From positions 3,580 through 67,579 of the forward strand of contig JBAXUB010000006.1 of assembly GCA_037129895.1 (NCBI GenBank): a DNA stretch of 64,000 nt, read 5' to 3'. The notes under the pieces are model-generated. The model did no database searches, was not told the DNA's origin, and saw only the letters and a program-made list of their open reading frames with translations. Positions 8,969 to 17,205 of the stretch are shown one piece after another. Source of the stretch: Candidatus Tayloriibacteriota bacterium (lineage in GTDB: Bacteria; Patescibacteriota; Minisyncoccia; Phycocordibacterales; PALSA-1337). Position 1 is the stretch's first letter. Each line of letters opens with the position of its first letter. Position numbers and translations under genes: made by a program.

Positions 8969-10279
8969 ATGAATCTATTAAAGAAAATTTTGGTAAAAAT
9001 ATTGATCGCCGAGTCCAAGCTTATAGTCAAGAAATATAAGCCTTTTATCGTTGCTGTAACTGGTAGTGTTGGTAAGACATCTACAAAAGATGCGATATAT
9101 TCAGTACTAAAGGATCAGAGTCGATATGTGAGGAAAAGTGAGAAGAGTATGAATAGTGAGATCGGATTGCCACTCACTATCATCGGAGTGCCAAACGCTT
9201 GGAAAAGTATCGGTGGTTGGTTGAACAATGTAAATGAAGGTCTCAGTTTGATATTCAAGAAAAGAGATTATCCTGATTGTTTGATCCTAGAGATAGGCGC
9301 TGATCATCCCGGTGATATAAGTAGTGTAGCTAAATGGTTGAAGCCTGATGTTTCCGTCATCACTAAAGTTAGTAAAACTCCAGTGCATGTGGAATTTTTC
9401 AGTTCACCAGAACAGGTATTTGAAGAAAAGGCATCCTTGGCAGAAGCGGTGAGAGATGGTGGGTCACTCGTATTATTCGCTGATGATGACAATGTGATCG
9501 GGATAAAGGATCGAGTAAGTGCTAGGAATGTGAATGTGATCAGTTATGGTACGAAAGCATCGATGGTGAATGGTAGCAATTTGATGATCGAATATGGTAT
9601 GAATGGAGAAACAAAATATCCCATAGGAATCAAGTTCGATATTGAGATGAAAGGTTCGAAAAGTTCGATCGTTATGAATGGTGTTATAGGTAATACATAT
9701 CAGTATCCCATATTGGCTGCTGCAGCTGTTGGTTTGGCGAAAGGTATGAGTATAGAGAAGATCGTCAAGAATCTCGGTTCATATAGCGCACCTCGTGGGC
9801 GTATGAATCTATTGGCAGGACGGGATGGTTCTACTATCATCGATGATACATACAATTCATCACCTGATGCGACAGTGTCAGCTCTCAGGTCATTGAAAAC
9901 TATTGAATCGAGTGGTGTGAAGATAGCGATACTCGGCGATATGATGGAGCTCGGTAAGTTTTCTGCTGATGAGCACAAGGGTATCGGTAGGGAAGTTGTA
10001 ACTGTCGCGAATATCTTGATAACAGTTGGTCAGAGATCGCGTGCTACAGCTGACGAAGCTATCAGATCCGGTATGGACAGTAGGAAGGTGTTCTCTTATG
10101 ATTCCGCAGCTGATCTCGTCAGTCGAGGTTTACCTGTGGTTGGTAGTGGGGACATCATCTTGGTCAAGGGTTCTCAGTCTGTTCGTATGGAGAGGGTTGT
10201 GAAGGCATTACTCAGAGATGGGAGTAGTGCAGAAAAGACATTGGTGAGGCAGGAGAAGGAGTGGCTTGATAAAGCGTAA
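8969..10279 (+). CDS. murF: UDP-N-acetylmuramoyl-tripeptide--D-alanyl-D-alanine ligase
   Basis: Mur ligase P-loop VAVTGSVGKTSTKD. The IIDDTYNSSPDA motif resembles MurF IDDSYNANP. The short N-terminal domain is typical of MurF rather than MurE. Confidence 0.8.
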   Translation: MNLLKKILVKILIAESKLIVKKYKPFIVAVTGSVGKTSTKDAIYSVLKDQSRYVRKSEKSMNSEIGLPLTIIGVPNAWKSIGGWLNNVNEGLSLIFKKRDYPDCLILEIGADHPGDISSVAKWLKPDVSVITKVSKTPVHVEFFSSPEQVFEEKASLAEAVRDGGSLVLFADDDNVIGIKDRVSARNVNVISYGTKASMVNGSNLMIEYGMNGETKYPIGIKFDIEMKGSKSSIVMNGVIGNTYQYPILAAAAVGLAKGMSIEKIVKNLGSYSAPRGRMNLLAGRDGSTIIDDTYNSSPDATVSALRSLKTIESSGVKIAILGDMMELGKFSADEHKGIGREVVTVANILITVGQRSRATADEAIRSGMDSRKVFSYDSAADLVSRGLPVVGSGDIILVKGSQSVRMERVVKALLRDGSSAEKTLVRQEKEWLDKA

Positions 10280-10304
10280 TATTCGGGTTATAGTGTTCGT
10301 TCAC

Positions 10305-10376
10305 GGCTCTATCGTCTAATGGTTAGGACACGGCCTTCTCAAGGCTGGAATCGGGGTTCGACTCCCCGTAGAGTCA
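10305..10376 (+). tRNA. tRNA-Glu (anticodon CTC)
   Basis: 72-nt cloverleaf, hand-folded. Acceptor stem ggctcta/tagagtc with one G-U; 3-bp D stem (gtc/gac) typical of tRNA-Glu; anticodon arm cggcc-ttCTCaa-ggctg; T arm cgggg-ttcgact-ccccg. Overall resembles E. coli tRNA-Glu. CCA is not encoded. Confidence 0.8.
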
Positions 10377-10420
10377 CAATGAAATGGACCCCATAAAGTG
10401 GACACGTCCGTTGATTTCTC

Positions 10421-11185
10421 TTGTTGAGTGCTATAATGTCTGATATGGAAAATATAGAAAAACCAAATCAACAAGAACTCAAGGAAAAAGCGGATATTTC
10501 TCTATCAACGGCAAAAGAGACTATTCTCAAATCTATCCCAAACGAAGAGATAGTATCTATTTACGTAAAAGGAAGTTACGTTCAAGATGAGCTACAGCCA
10601 GATAGTGATGTTGATGTTGTTGTCGTTTTGAAAAGCGATGAGTATCTACCTGCTGTATATGAGCTAACTGAAAAATTTGGAGATACTACAGAGCCACCAT
10701 TTCAAATCGTCGCTTACACACTAGAAGAATTGCAAACAGGAAAATGGTCCGTAAATAGAACTAAAAATCCAACGACTATCAGTACTTTCGTGAAGCATTT
10801 GGATCAACTTCCACTTTTGTATGGTCAAAAACCAGAAGGACCGTTATTTACTCGTACAGATATTAAAGACTTAACTGCTCTTATGTCAGCTTTTGAAGAG
10901 AGCTTTCTACCAGGCTTTGAGAAAGGGACTTTCAAGTTCAATGAAATTGTAAAGTCAGTTATGTGGCTTACCGAACGTGAACAGCGAGCAAAGGGTATTG
11001 TTCCAGATTATTCTTGGCAGAAACTTGCTAACTCGATTGAAGATGAAAACCATATCATTCACTTAGCTCTTAAGTTGAGGAAACAAAAGGAAGTGTCAAA
11101 AAAAGAACAGGATGTATTTATGGAAAAATTGAAGAATTACCTTGAAGGCCTCAAAGAGGAATACCCAAACCAAGCAAAGGCATAA
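10421..11185 (+). CDS. Pol-beta-superfamily nucleotidyltransferase, ANT(3'')/ANT(9) (AadA-like) architecture
   Basis: NTase signature KGSYVQDELQPDSDVDVVVVL (GS...DxD) followed by a ~130-aa helical C-terminal domain. The ~250-aa length matches aminoglycoside adenylyltransferase-like proteins. The real start may be ATG 10445, which follows a TGcTATAAT box at ~10427-10435. Confidence 0.55.
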   Translation: MLSAIMSDMENIEKPNQQELKEKADISLSTAKETILKSIPNEEIVSIYVKGSYVQDELQPDSDVDVVVVLKSDEYLPAVYELTEKFGDTTEPPFQIVAYTLEELQTGKWSVNRTKNPTTISTFVKHLDQLPLLYGQKPEGPLFTRTDIKDLTALMSAFEESFLPGFEKGTFKFNEIVKSVMWLTEREQRAKGIVPDYSWQKLANSIEDENHIIHLALKLRKQKEVSKKEQDVFMEKLKNYLEGLKEEYPNQAKA

Positions 11186-11325
11186 AACAAGCAAATTTAG
11201 TGTTCAATTTTATTCTCTAGTTTGAACATTATCAGACATTATAGGTATATAGAAACAAATAAAGAGAAGAAAATACTTGAATACAGTACCTTGATAATTT
11301 TATGATACAATATTTATATATTTAG

Positions 11326-12396
11326 ATGAAAAAAATTAAACAATTAATCCCGAATATCAATTTTACAGAGTTTTTGCTCTACACTACTCCGAATGGAAAG
11401 GTGAAGGTTGAAATCTTTTTGCGTGATGAAAATATATGGCTAACACAGGCAATGATAGCGGAACTTTTTGATGTTGAGTCAAATACTATTACTTATCATT
11501 TGAAAGAAATATTCGTCTCAAAGGAATTGGATAAGGATTCAACTACTCGAAAAATTAGAGTAGTTCGAGATGAAGGGGGTCGTAATATTAGTCGTGAATT
11601 GGATTTTTATAACCTAGATGCCATACTTTCTGTGGGTTATCGTGTTAATAGTGCTCATGCCACTCAATTCCGTATTTGGGCCACTGAAAGGCTGAAGGAG
11701 TACATAATCAAAGGATTTACAATGAATGATGAACGGCTCAAAGATCCACGTAGTATTTTTGGTAAAGACTATTTCGAGGAACAGTTGGCCAGGATTCGTA
11801 ATATTCGTTCAAGTGAGAGACGAATGTACCAGAAAATAACTGATATCTATGCACAGTGTAGCGCTGATTATGATAGAGATGAGGAGATTACCAAGATATT
11901 TTTTGCTACTGTACAAAACAAACTTCATTTTGCTATCACAGGTCAGACAGCGGCTGAGATAATATATTCTAGAGTAAAAAGCGACAAACCAAATATGGGC
12001 CTGACCACATGGAAGAATGCTCCAGAAGGTGGTATCAGAGAGACTGATGTGATAATTGCCAAGAACTATTTATTGGAGAGAGAGCTCGATAATCTGAATC
12101 GAATTGTAACTATGTATCTGGACTATGCGGAAATGCAGGCTACGCAAGGTAAAGCTATGTATATGAAAGATTGGGTTAATAAGCTCGATAAATTTCTGAA
12201 ATTTAATGAAAAACAAATTTTATCTGACTCAGGAAAGATCAGCCATGAAGTAGCAGAAGCTTTGGCTTTCAAGGAATATGAGAAATATCGTGTTGAGCAG
12301 GATATGAACTATGTTTCTGATTTTGATAGGGAGGTAAAGAAGATGTTGGAAATTAGCAAAAAGAGAAAAGGAAATATAAAGAAGAAAGACAAATAA
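11326..12396 (+). CDS. RhuM-family protein (virulence protein RhuM-like, putative DNA-binding)
   Basis: The N-terminus LLYTTPNGKVKVEIFLRDENIWLTQAMIAELFDVESNTITYHLKEIF matches the RhuM family signature (...LYQTEDG..K..V......WLTQAQMAELF). Length ~350 aa. Confidence 0.7.
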   Translation: MKKIKQLIPNINFTEFLLYTTPNGKVKVEIFLRDENIWLTQAMIAELFDVESNTITYHLKEIFVSKELDKDSTTRKIRVVRDEGGRNISRELDFYNLDAILSVGYRVNSAHATQFRIWATERLKEYIIKGFTMNDERLKDPRSIFGKDYFEEQLARIRNIRSSERRMYQKITDIYAQCSADYDRDEEITKIFFATVQNKLHFAITGQTAAEIIYSRVKSDKPNMGLTTWKNAPEGGIRETDVIIAKNYLLERELDNLNRIVTMYLDYAEMQATQGKAMYMKDWVNKLDKFLKFNEKQILSDSGKISHEVAEALAFKEYEKYRVEQDMNYVSDFDREVKKMLEISKKRKGNIKKKDK

Positions 12397-12530
12397 CTTT
12401 TTGCAGATTATAAACTTTCTCAATTTTCCAGTACATTCATTGCAAAATAATTCACAGTCACCTATAATTAGGAACCACGCTCAATCTTTAACAGAGGCAA
12501 GCATTTTAATATATTAAATAAATAATTCAT

Positions 12531-13274
12531 ATGCAAGAACAAAAGAAATCTAGTTTGGTGGTTACTTTGCTCATAATTCTGATAGTGGCAGTGCTAGCTG
12601 TCGGCGGATATTTAATTTTCGGATCAAATATCAAGGGATTATCTATGGGGGATAAAACAGCTACTTCTACATTATTTACATCGGGAACGACCGCGAACGT
12701 AGCGACAGTCAATGGTGTAGCTATTACAAAAGCAATATATGATTCAGCTTTTACAAGTACGATCGCATCTTATCAAGCACAAGGTATTCAAGCGACTAGT
12801 TCAGATGATCTAGCAAAGGTTCGTACTCAGGTTTTGGATGGCCTCATAGGTAACGAGCTGTTAACTCAAGCCCTCACTGCTTCCAAGATGGCAGTCACAC
12901 CTGCTGAAGTAGAGACAGAGTATCAAGCACTAGTTACCCAATCTGGCGGAGTTGAAGGTTTCAAGGCGGCACTGACAAAGAATAATCTCACAGATGCACA
13001 ACTCAGAATTAATATTGAAAAACAGATATTAACTAGGAAATTCCTACTCTCTAACATTGATACCAAATCAACAACGGTTACCGATGCTGAGATAGCGAAA
13101 TTCTATGCTGAATATAGTGCTTCACAAAAAGCTAGCGGCAACAAGTCCGTTCCGGCCATGAAGGACTTGAGTGCTCAGATCAAGCAACAGCTCACTGGAG
13201 ATAAGGAGCAGGCCCTCATCAATAAATTTATAGCTACTCTTCGTGCAAGTGCAGATGTTGTCATAACTCAGTAA
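12531..13274 (+). CDS. membrane-anchored SurA-N-terminal-domain-like chaperone (no PPIase domain)
   Basis: N-terminal TM helix followed by a helical domain resembling the SurA/PpiD N-terminal chaperone module. Weak call. Confidence 0.4.
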   Translation: MQEQKKSSLVVTLLIILIVAVLAVGGYLIFGSNIKGLSMGDKTATSTLFTSGTTANVATVNGVAITKAIYDSAFTSTIASYQAQGIQATSSDDLAKVRTQVLDGLIGNELLTQALTASKMAVTPAEVETEYQALVTQSGGVEGFKAALTKNNLTDAQLRINIEKQILTRKFLLSNIDTKSTTVTDAEIAKFYAEYSASQKASGNKSVPAMKDLSAQIKQQLTGDKEQALINKFIATLRASADVVITQ

Positions 13275-13705
13275 TGAATAAATCGATTGCTATCCGCTGC
13301 CGCGCAGTCATCGTCGTAGATGGAAAATTGTTGGTAGTCAAACATGCACCAGACAGCCCATTTTTTGCATTACCTGGTGGACATCTGGAATGGGGAGAAG
13401 ATGTAGATGAATGTGTGAGTCGTGAATTGCAGGAAGAACTCGGTATAAAAGGAGAGGTGGGAAGGTTGCTATATGTAAATACATTCATAATCGAAGGTAC
13501 TCAATCGGTCGAATTTTTCTTTGAGATCGAGAACGCCAGGGATTATATCGGTATAGATAGAAGTAGGGCCTCTCACGCGAGTGAAATAGGTGATCTACGT
13601 TGGGTTAGTAGTGACGATGGTGTAGATATTTTGCCAGCTATATTGAATAGAGATTTGAAAGAGGGGACACTACTGTCGCATGAGGTCAGGTTCATAAAAG
13701 AATAA
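13274..13705 (+). CDS. NUDIX hydrolase
   Basis: Nudix box GGHLEWGEDVDECVSRELQEELGI (Gx5Ex7REUxEExGU). Confidence 0.88.
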   Translation: MNKSIAIRCRAVIVVDGKLLVVKHAPDSPFFALPGGHLEWGEDVDECVSRELQEELGIKGEVGRLLYVNTFIIEGTQSVEFFFEIENARDYIGIDRSRASHASEIGDLRWVSSDDGVDILPAILNRDLKEGTLLSHEVRFIKE

Positions 13706-13797
13706 TTTCGGTGCAATAAGTGTTTAGTTGCGCATTGCTTTCAGGACCATTGTTTCAGGTGTTGCACTTTTGCAGTATTCATTGTACTATACAAGAT

Positions 13798-14298
13798 ATG
13801 AAGAATTTCAATACAATTAAATATACATCGATAGCTATTTCAGCCCTATTTATGGCTGTAGTTATGTTTGTCCCTATCAATAGCGCTCATGCTCAATATT
13901 ACGGCTATGGTTGGTATGATGAGAATACTGGTATAGCTCATATATTCAATAATGCGAATAGTAATAATTATAATAACTACAATAATTATAACAATTACAA
14001 CAACTATAATAACTATAGTTCAGGCTACAATTCTGGGTGTAATAATGGTTGTGGAAATTACGGAGGAGGTTATAACAATTACAATTATGGAAGCTACAAT
14101 AATAATTGCTGCGATTATTCCTACGGTTATAGTAACTCGTACTATCAACCTTACGTGTCTCTACCATATGTAAGTTACCAATATCCTAGTTATCAAAATT
14201 ATTATTCTGGTAACGGTTATGGGAATAATTACTACGGAAATTATAACTATGGAAATTATGGAGGTGGATATGGTGGCGGTTACGGTGGACATCGCTAG
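13798..14298 (+). CDS. secreted Asn/Tyr/Gly-rich low-complexity protein
   Basis: Signal peptide MKNFNTIKYTSIAISALFMAVVMFVPINSAHA, then (NNY)n and GGY repeats (...NNYNNYNNYNNYNNYNNY...GGYGGGYGGHR). ATG at 13798; an upstream TTGCAC-N17-TACTAT promoter-like box lies at ~13762-13790. Confidence 0.6.
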   Translation: MKNFNTIKYTSIAISALFMAVVMFVPINSAHAQYYGYGWYDENTGIAHIFNNANSNNYNNYNNYNNYNNYNNYSSGYNSGCNNGCGNYGGGYNNYNYGSYNNNCCDYSYGYSNSYYQPYVSLPYVSYQYPSYQNYYSGNGYGNNYYGNYNYGNYGGGYGGGYGGHR

Positions 14299-14317
14299 TT
14301 GGTTGAGTAATTTTGGT

Positions 14318-14347
14318 AAAAAAGTGCATCGCTTGGTGCATTTTTTT
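14318..14347 (+). terminator. weak bidirectional terminator
   Basis: aaaaaaGTGCAtcgcttgGTGCAttttttt: a short, partly G-U stem flanked by an A-run and a T-run. Confidence 0.35.
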
Positions 14348-14458
14348 GTATTTCTATATTACGAAACAAATATTTGTCATGCGGAACTTGTGTGAAAATA
14401 ATATTTTGTTAAAATTATTCTAACCTGCAAACTTAATAATCTAATATATTTAATAATT

Positions 14459-14791
14459 ATGAATAATAAAGTAGTATTACCGACAGTTACAATTGATGAA
14501 TTGGCGGTAATGATAAAGATCGGGTTCGACGAAGTGCATAGTGAATTTAGGATTGTACATAAAGAGATCAGTCTTATAAAAGCTGATATCGTCGTTATGA
14601 AGAAAGACATAGTTGATATCCATGGAGAGTTATACGAAGTGAAGAGTGATATCAAATGCATCAAGCGTGATATGGCCACCAAGGATGATGTACATGAATT
14701 AGAGAGTCATTTGATGACTACAGATAGGACGGTCTACAAAGATCATGCCCCAAGGTTGCGAAAACTGGAACACTCACTCGCAGTCGCGTAG
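14459..14791 (+). CDS. hypothetical protein (coiled-coil)
   Basis: 110-aa ORF with good coding periodicity between two clear genes. No recognisable family. Confidence 0.4.
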   Translation: MNNKVVLPTVTIDELAVMIKIGFDEVHSEFRIVHKEISLIKADIVVMKKDIVDIHGELYEVKSDIKCIKRDMATKDDVHELESHLMTTDRTVYKDHAPRLRKLEHSLAVA

Positions 14792-14836
14792 TGCCTCTAG
14801 TAGAAAATATCTTGATTTCTTGCTAGTATTTGATCC

Positions 14837-17122
14837 ATGGAAAACAAAGCAGTGAATGGTGTAGACCGAGGTCCGATGAAACTCCCAGACAATGTTTCAG
14901 ATAAATTCCTGAAACCATATGATCCAGCTACGACCGAAGACCGTATTTATGCTATATGGGAAAAAAGTGGCTATTTCAATCCTGACAATCTCCCAGAGCG
15001 TAACAAGAAAGGCGAACCTTTTTCTATAGTTTTACCGCCTCCGAATGTTACCGGGATGTTACATATGGGTTCAGCACTCATGCTCGCCATAGAAGATATC
15101 ATGGTTCGTTATGCACGTATGAGTGGCAGGAGAACATTGTGGTTGCCTGGAACTGATCATGCAGCGATCGCAACACAGTCGGTAGTTGAAAAAGACATTA
15201 TGAAGAAAGAAGGCAAGTCGAGGCATGATCTAGGTCGTGAGGAATTGTTGCGGAGAATTGATGCATATGCGAAACAGAGTCATGATACGATCGTGCGACA
15301 GATGCGCAAGATGGCTTGTTCCATAGATTGGTCTAGGGAAGCCTTCACATTGGATGAAAAGCGTAATCTAGCCGTGAAAACTGCCTTCAAGAAGATGTAT
15401 GACGATGGTCTCATATATAGAGGATATCGCGTTGTCAATTGGGATCCGAAAGGACAGACTACTATTTCAGACGATGAGATCGAGTATGAAACGAGGAAGA
15501 CCAAGCTTTATACATTCAAGTATTCAAAGGATATTCCTATAAGTATTTCTACTACACGACCAGAGACTAAACTTGGCGATACCGCGATAGCAGTTCATCC
15601 AGAAGATAAGAGGTATTCACAATACGTCGGCAAGGAATTCAAGACAGTATTCGCGGGTCAGGAGATCTCTCTCAAAGTTATAGCAGATATATCTGTCGAA
15701 CCGGAATTCGGTACAGGTGCGCTCGGTGTGACACCTGCACATAGTCAGATCGACTGGGAGATGGCACAGAGGCATGAGTTACCTTTGAAGCAAGTGATCA
15801 ATGAGTATGCCAAGATGACAGTCGGTAAGGAAGGTATAAAAGACAAGAAAGTAGCTGAAGCCAGGGAAGCTGTTGTTGCCTGGTTACGTGAAAATGATCT
15901 CCTAGAAAAAGAAGAGGATATAGAACATAATATCTCACTTGCTCAGAGAACTGGTGGAGTGATAGAACCGTTGCCAAAATTGCAGTGGTTCGTCGCAGTA
16001 AACAAGGAATTTGAACATTTTGGTGAGAAAGTTACATTGAAGACTTTGATGACGGAAGCGGTACGATCAGGTGACATAAAGATATTGCCAGATAGATTCG
16101 AAAAGATATATTTCAATTGGATTGGTAATCTCCGCGATTGGTGTATCTCTAGACAGATATGGTATGGACATAGAGTTCCAGTCTGGTACAAGGATGGAGA
16201 TAGTAAAAATAATTCTTCTAGTAATAACAACGATTCCTCTCGGAATGAAAATATTCATTGCGGTATCAATCCGCCAACAGGTGATGGATGGAAACAAGAC
16301 GAAGATACACTAGACACGTGGTTCTCATCTGGACTCTGGACGTTTTCAACACTCGGTTGGCCAGAAAAGACTGAAGATATGAAGTTGTATCACCCAACGA
16401 ACGTCCTCGAAACTGGCTCAGACATTATATTTTTCTGGGTTGCGAGAATGATACTCATGAGTACATATCTCTTGAACGAGGTTCCATTCAAGACAGTATA
16501 TCTACATGGCCTCGTGAGGGATGCCAAGGGCAGGAAGATCAGTAAATCACTAGGAAACAATGTCGACCCTCTAGATATGATCGCCAAATATGGAGCCGAT
16601 GCAGTGCGTATGTCACTCATAGTCGGTGTTGGTCCAGGGTCTGACAGCAAGATAGGTGAGGACAAGATCAAAGCCTATAAGAATTTTGCCAATAAAGTAT
16701 GGAATATAGCTAGGTTCGTTCTATCTTCTACGGATGGTGCAAAGTTTGATCCTGATGTTGTAAATAGTGGCGGCAAATCGAGTAAGATGTCAGCTGCAGA
16801 TAGTGAGCTAATGAAAATACAAAATGCATTGCTGGCTGATATTACGACGGATATGAGTAACTATCGATATTATCTGGCGGCGGAAAAGTTGTATCACTAT
16901 ATATGGCATGAATTTGCAGATAAGATAATAGAAGATAGCAAGAAAATATTTCTATCAGGGACGGTGGAAGATATCGCATCTAGAAAGCAATTCTTATTTG
17001 ATTCTCTATCACAGCTACTGCGTGCGTTGCATCCATTTATGCCATTCTTGACTGAGGAAATATGGTCAGAAATGCCTGATCAGAAGGGGTCATTACTCAT
17101 GATTCTGAAGTGGCCGGTTTAG
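14837..17122 (+). CDS. valS: valyl-tRNA synthetase
   Basis: HIGH region PPPNVTGMLHMGSAL and KMSKS KISKSLGN, with a ValRS-type editing domain. It lacks the usual C-terminal coiled-coil (761 aa). It carries an Asn/Ser-rich insertion (KDGDSKNNSSSNNNDSSRNEN). The start may be ATG 14876. Confidence 0.85.
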   Translation: MENKAVNGVDRGPMKLPDNVSDKFLKPYDPATTEDRIYAIWEKSGYFNPDNLPERNKKGEPFSIVLPPPNVTGMLHMGSALMLAIEDIMVRYARMSGRRTLWLPGTDHAAIATQSVVEKDIMKKEGKSRHDLGREELLRRIDAYAKQSHDTIVRQMRKMACSIDWSREAFTLDEKRNLAVKTAFKKMYDDGLIYRGYRVVNWDPKGQTTISDDEIEYETRKTKLYTFKYSKDIPISISTTRPETKLGDTAIAVHPEDKRYSQYVGKEFKTVFAGQEISLKVIADISVEPEFGTGALGVTPAHSQIDWEMAQRHELPLKQVINEYAKMTVGKEGIKDKKVAEAREAVVAWLRENDLLEKEEDIEHNISLAQRTGGVIEPLPKLQWFVAVNKEFEHFGEKVTLKTLMTEAVRSGDIKILPDRFEKIYFNWIGNLRDWCISRQIWYGHRVPVWYKDGDSKNNSSSNNNDSSRNENIHCGINPPTGDGWKQDEDTLDTWFSSGLWTFSTLGWPEKTEDMKLYHPTNVLETGSDIIFFWVARMILMSTYLLNEVPFKTVYLHGLVRDAKGRKISKSLGNNVDPLDMIAKYGADAVRMSLIVGVGPGSDSKIGEDKIKAYKNFANKVWNIARFVLSSTDGAKFDPDVVNSGGKSSKMSAADSELMKIQNALLADITTDMSNYRYYLAAEKLYHYIWHEFADKIIEDSKKIFLSGTVEDIASRKQFLFDSLSQLLRALHPFMPFLTEEIWSEMPDQKGSLLMILKWPV

Positions 17123-17205
17123 ATGATCCTTATCCACAGAATTCGTCGCTAAAGACTTGATAATACTGTAAAATTGAGGAGTAATAATCCTTTAACAATT
17201 TTTTC

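Noticed and set aside
13946-14173. ORFs 13946-14167 (-) and 13952-14173 (+) with bizarre N/Y/C-rich or I/T-rich translations.
   Set aside because: They are frame artefacts of the (aat aat tat)n microsatellite that encodes the NNY repeats of the real gene 13798-14298.
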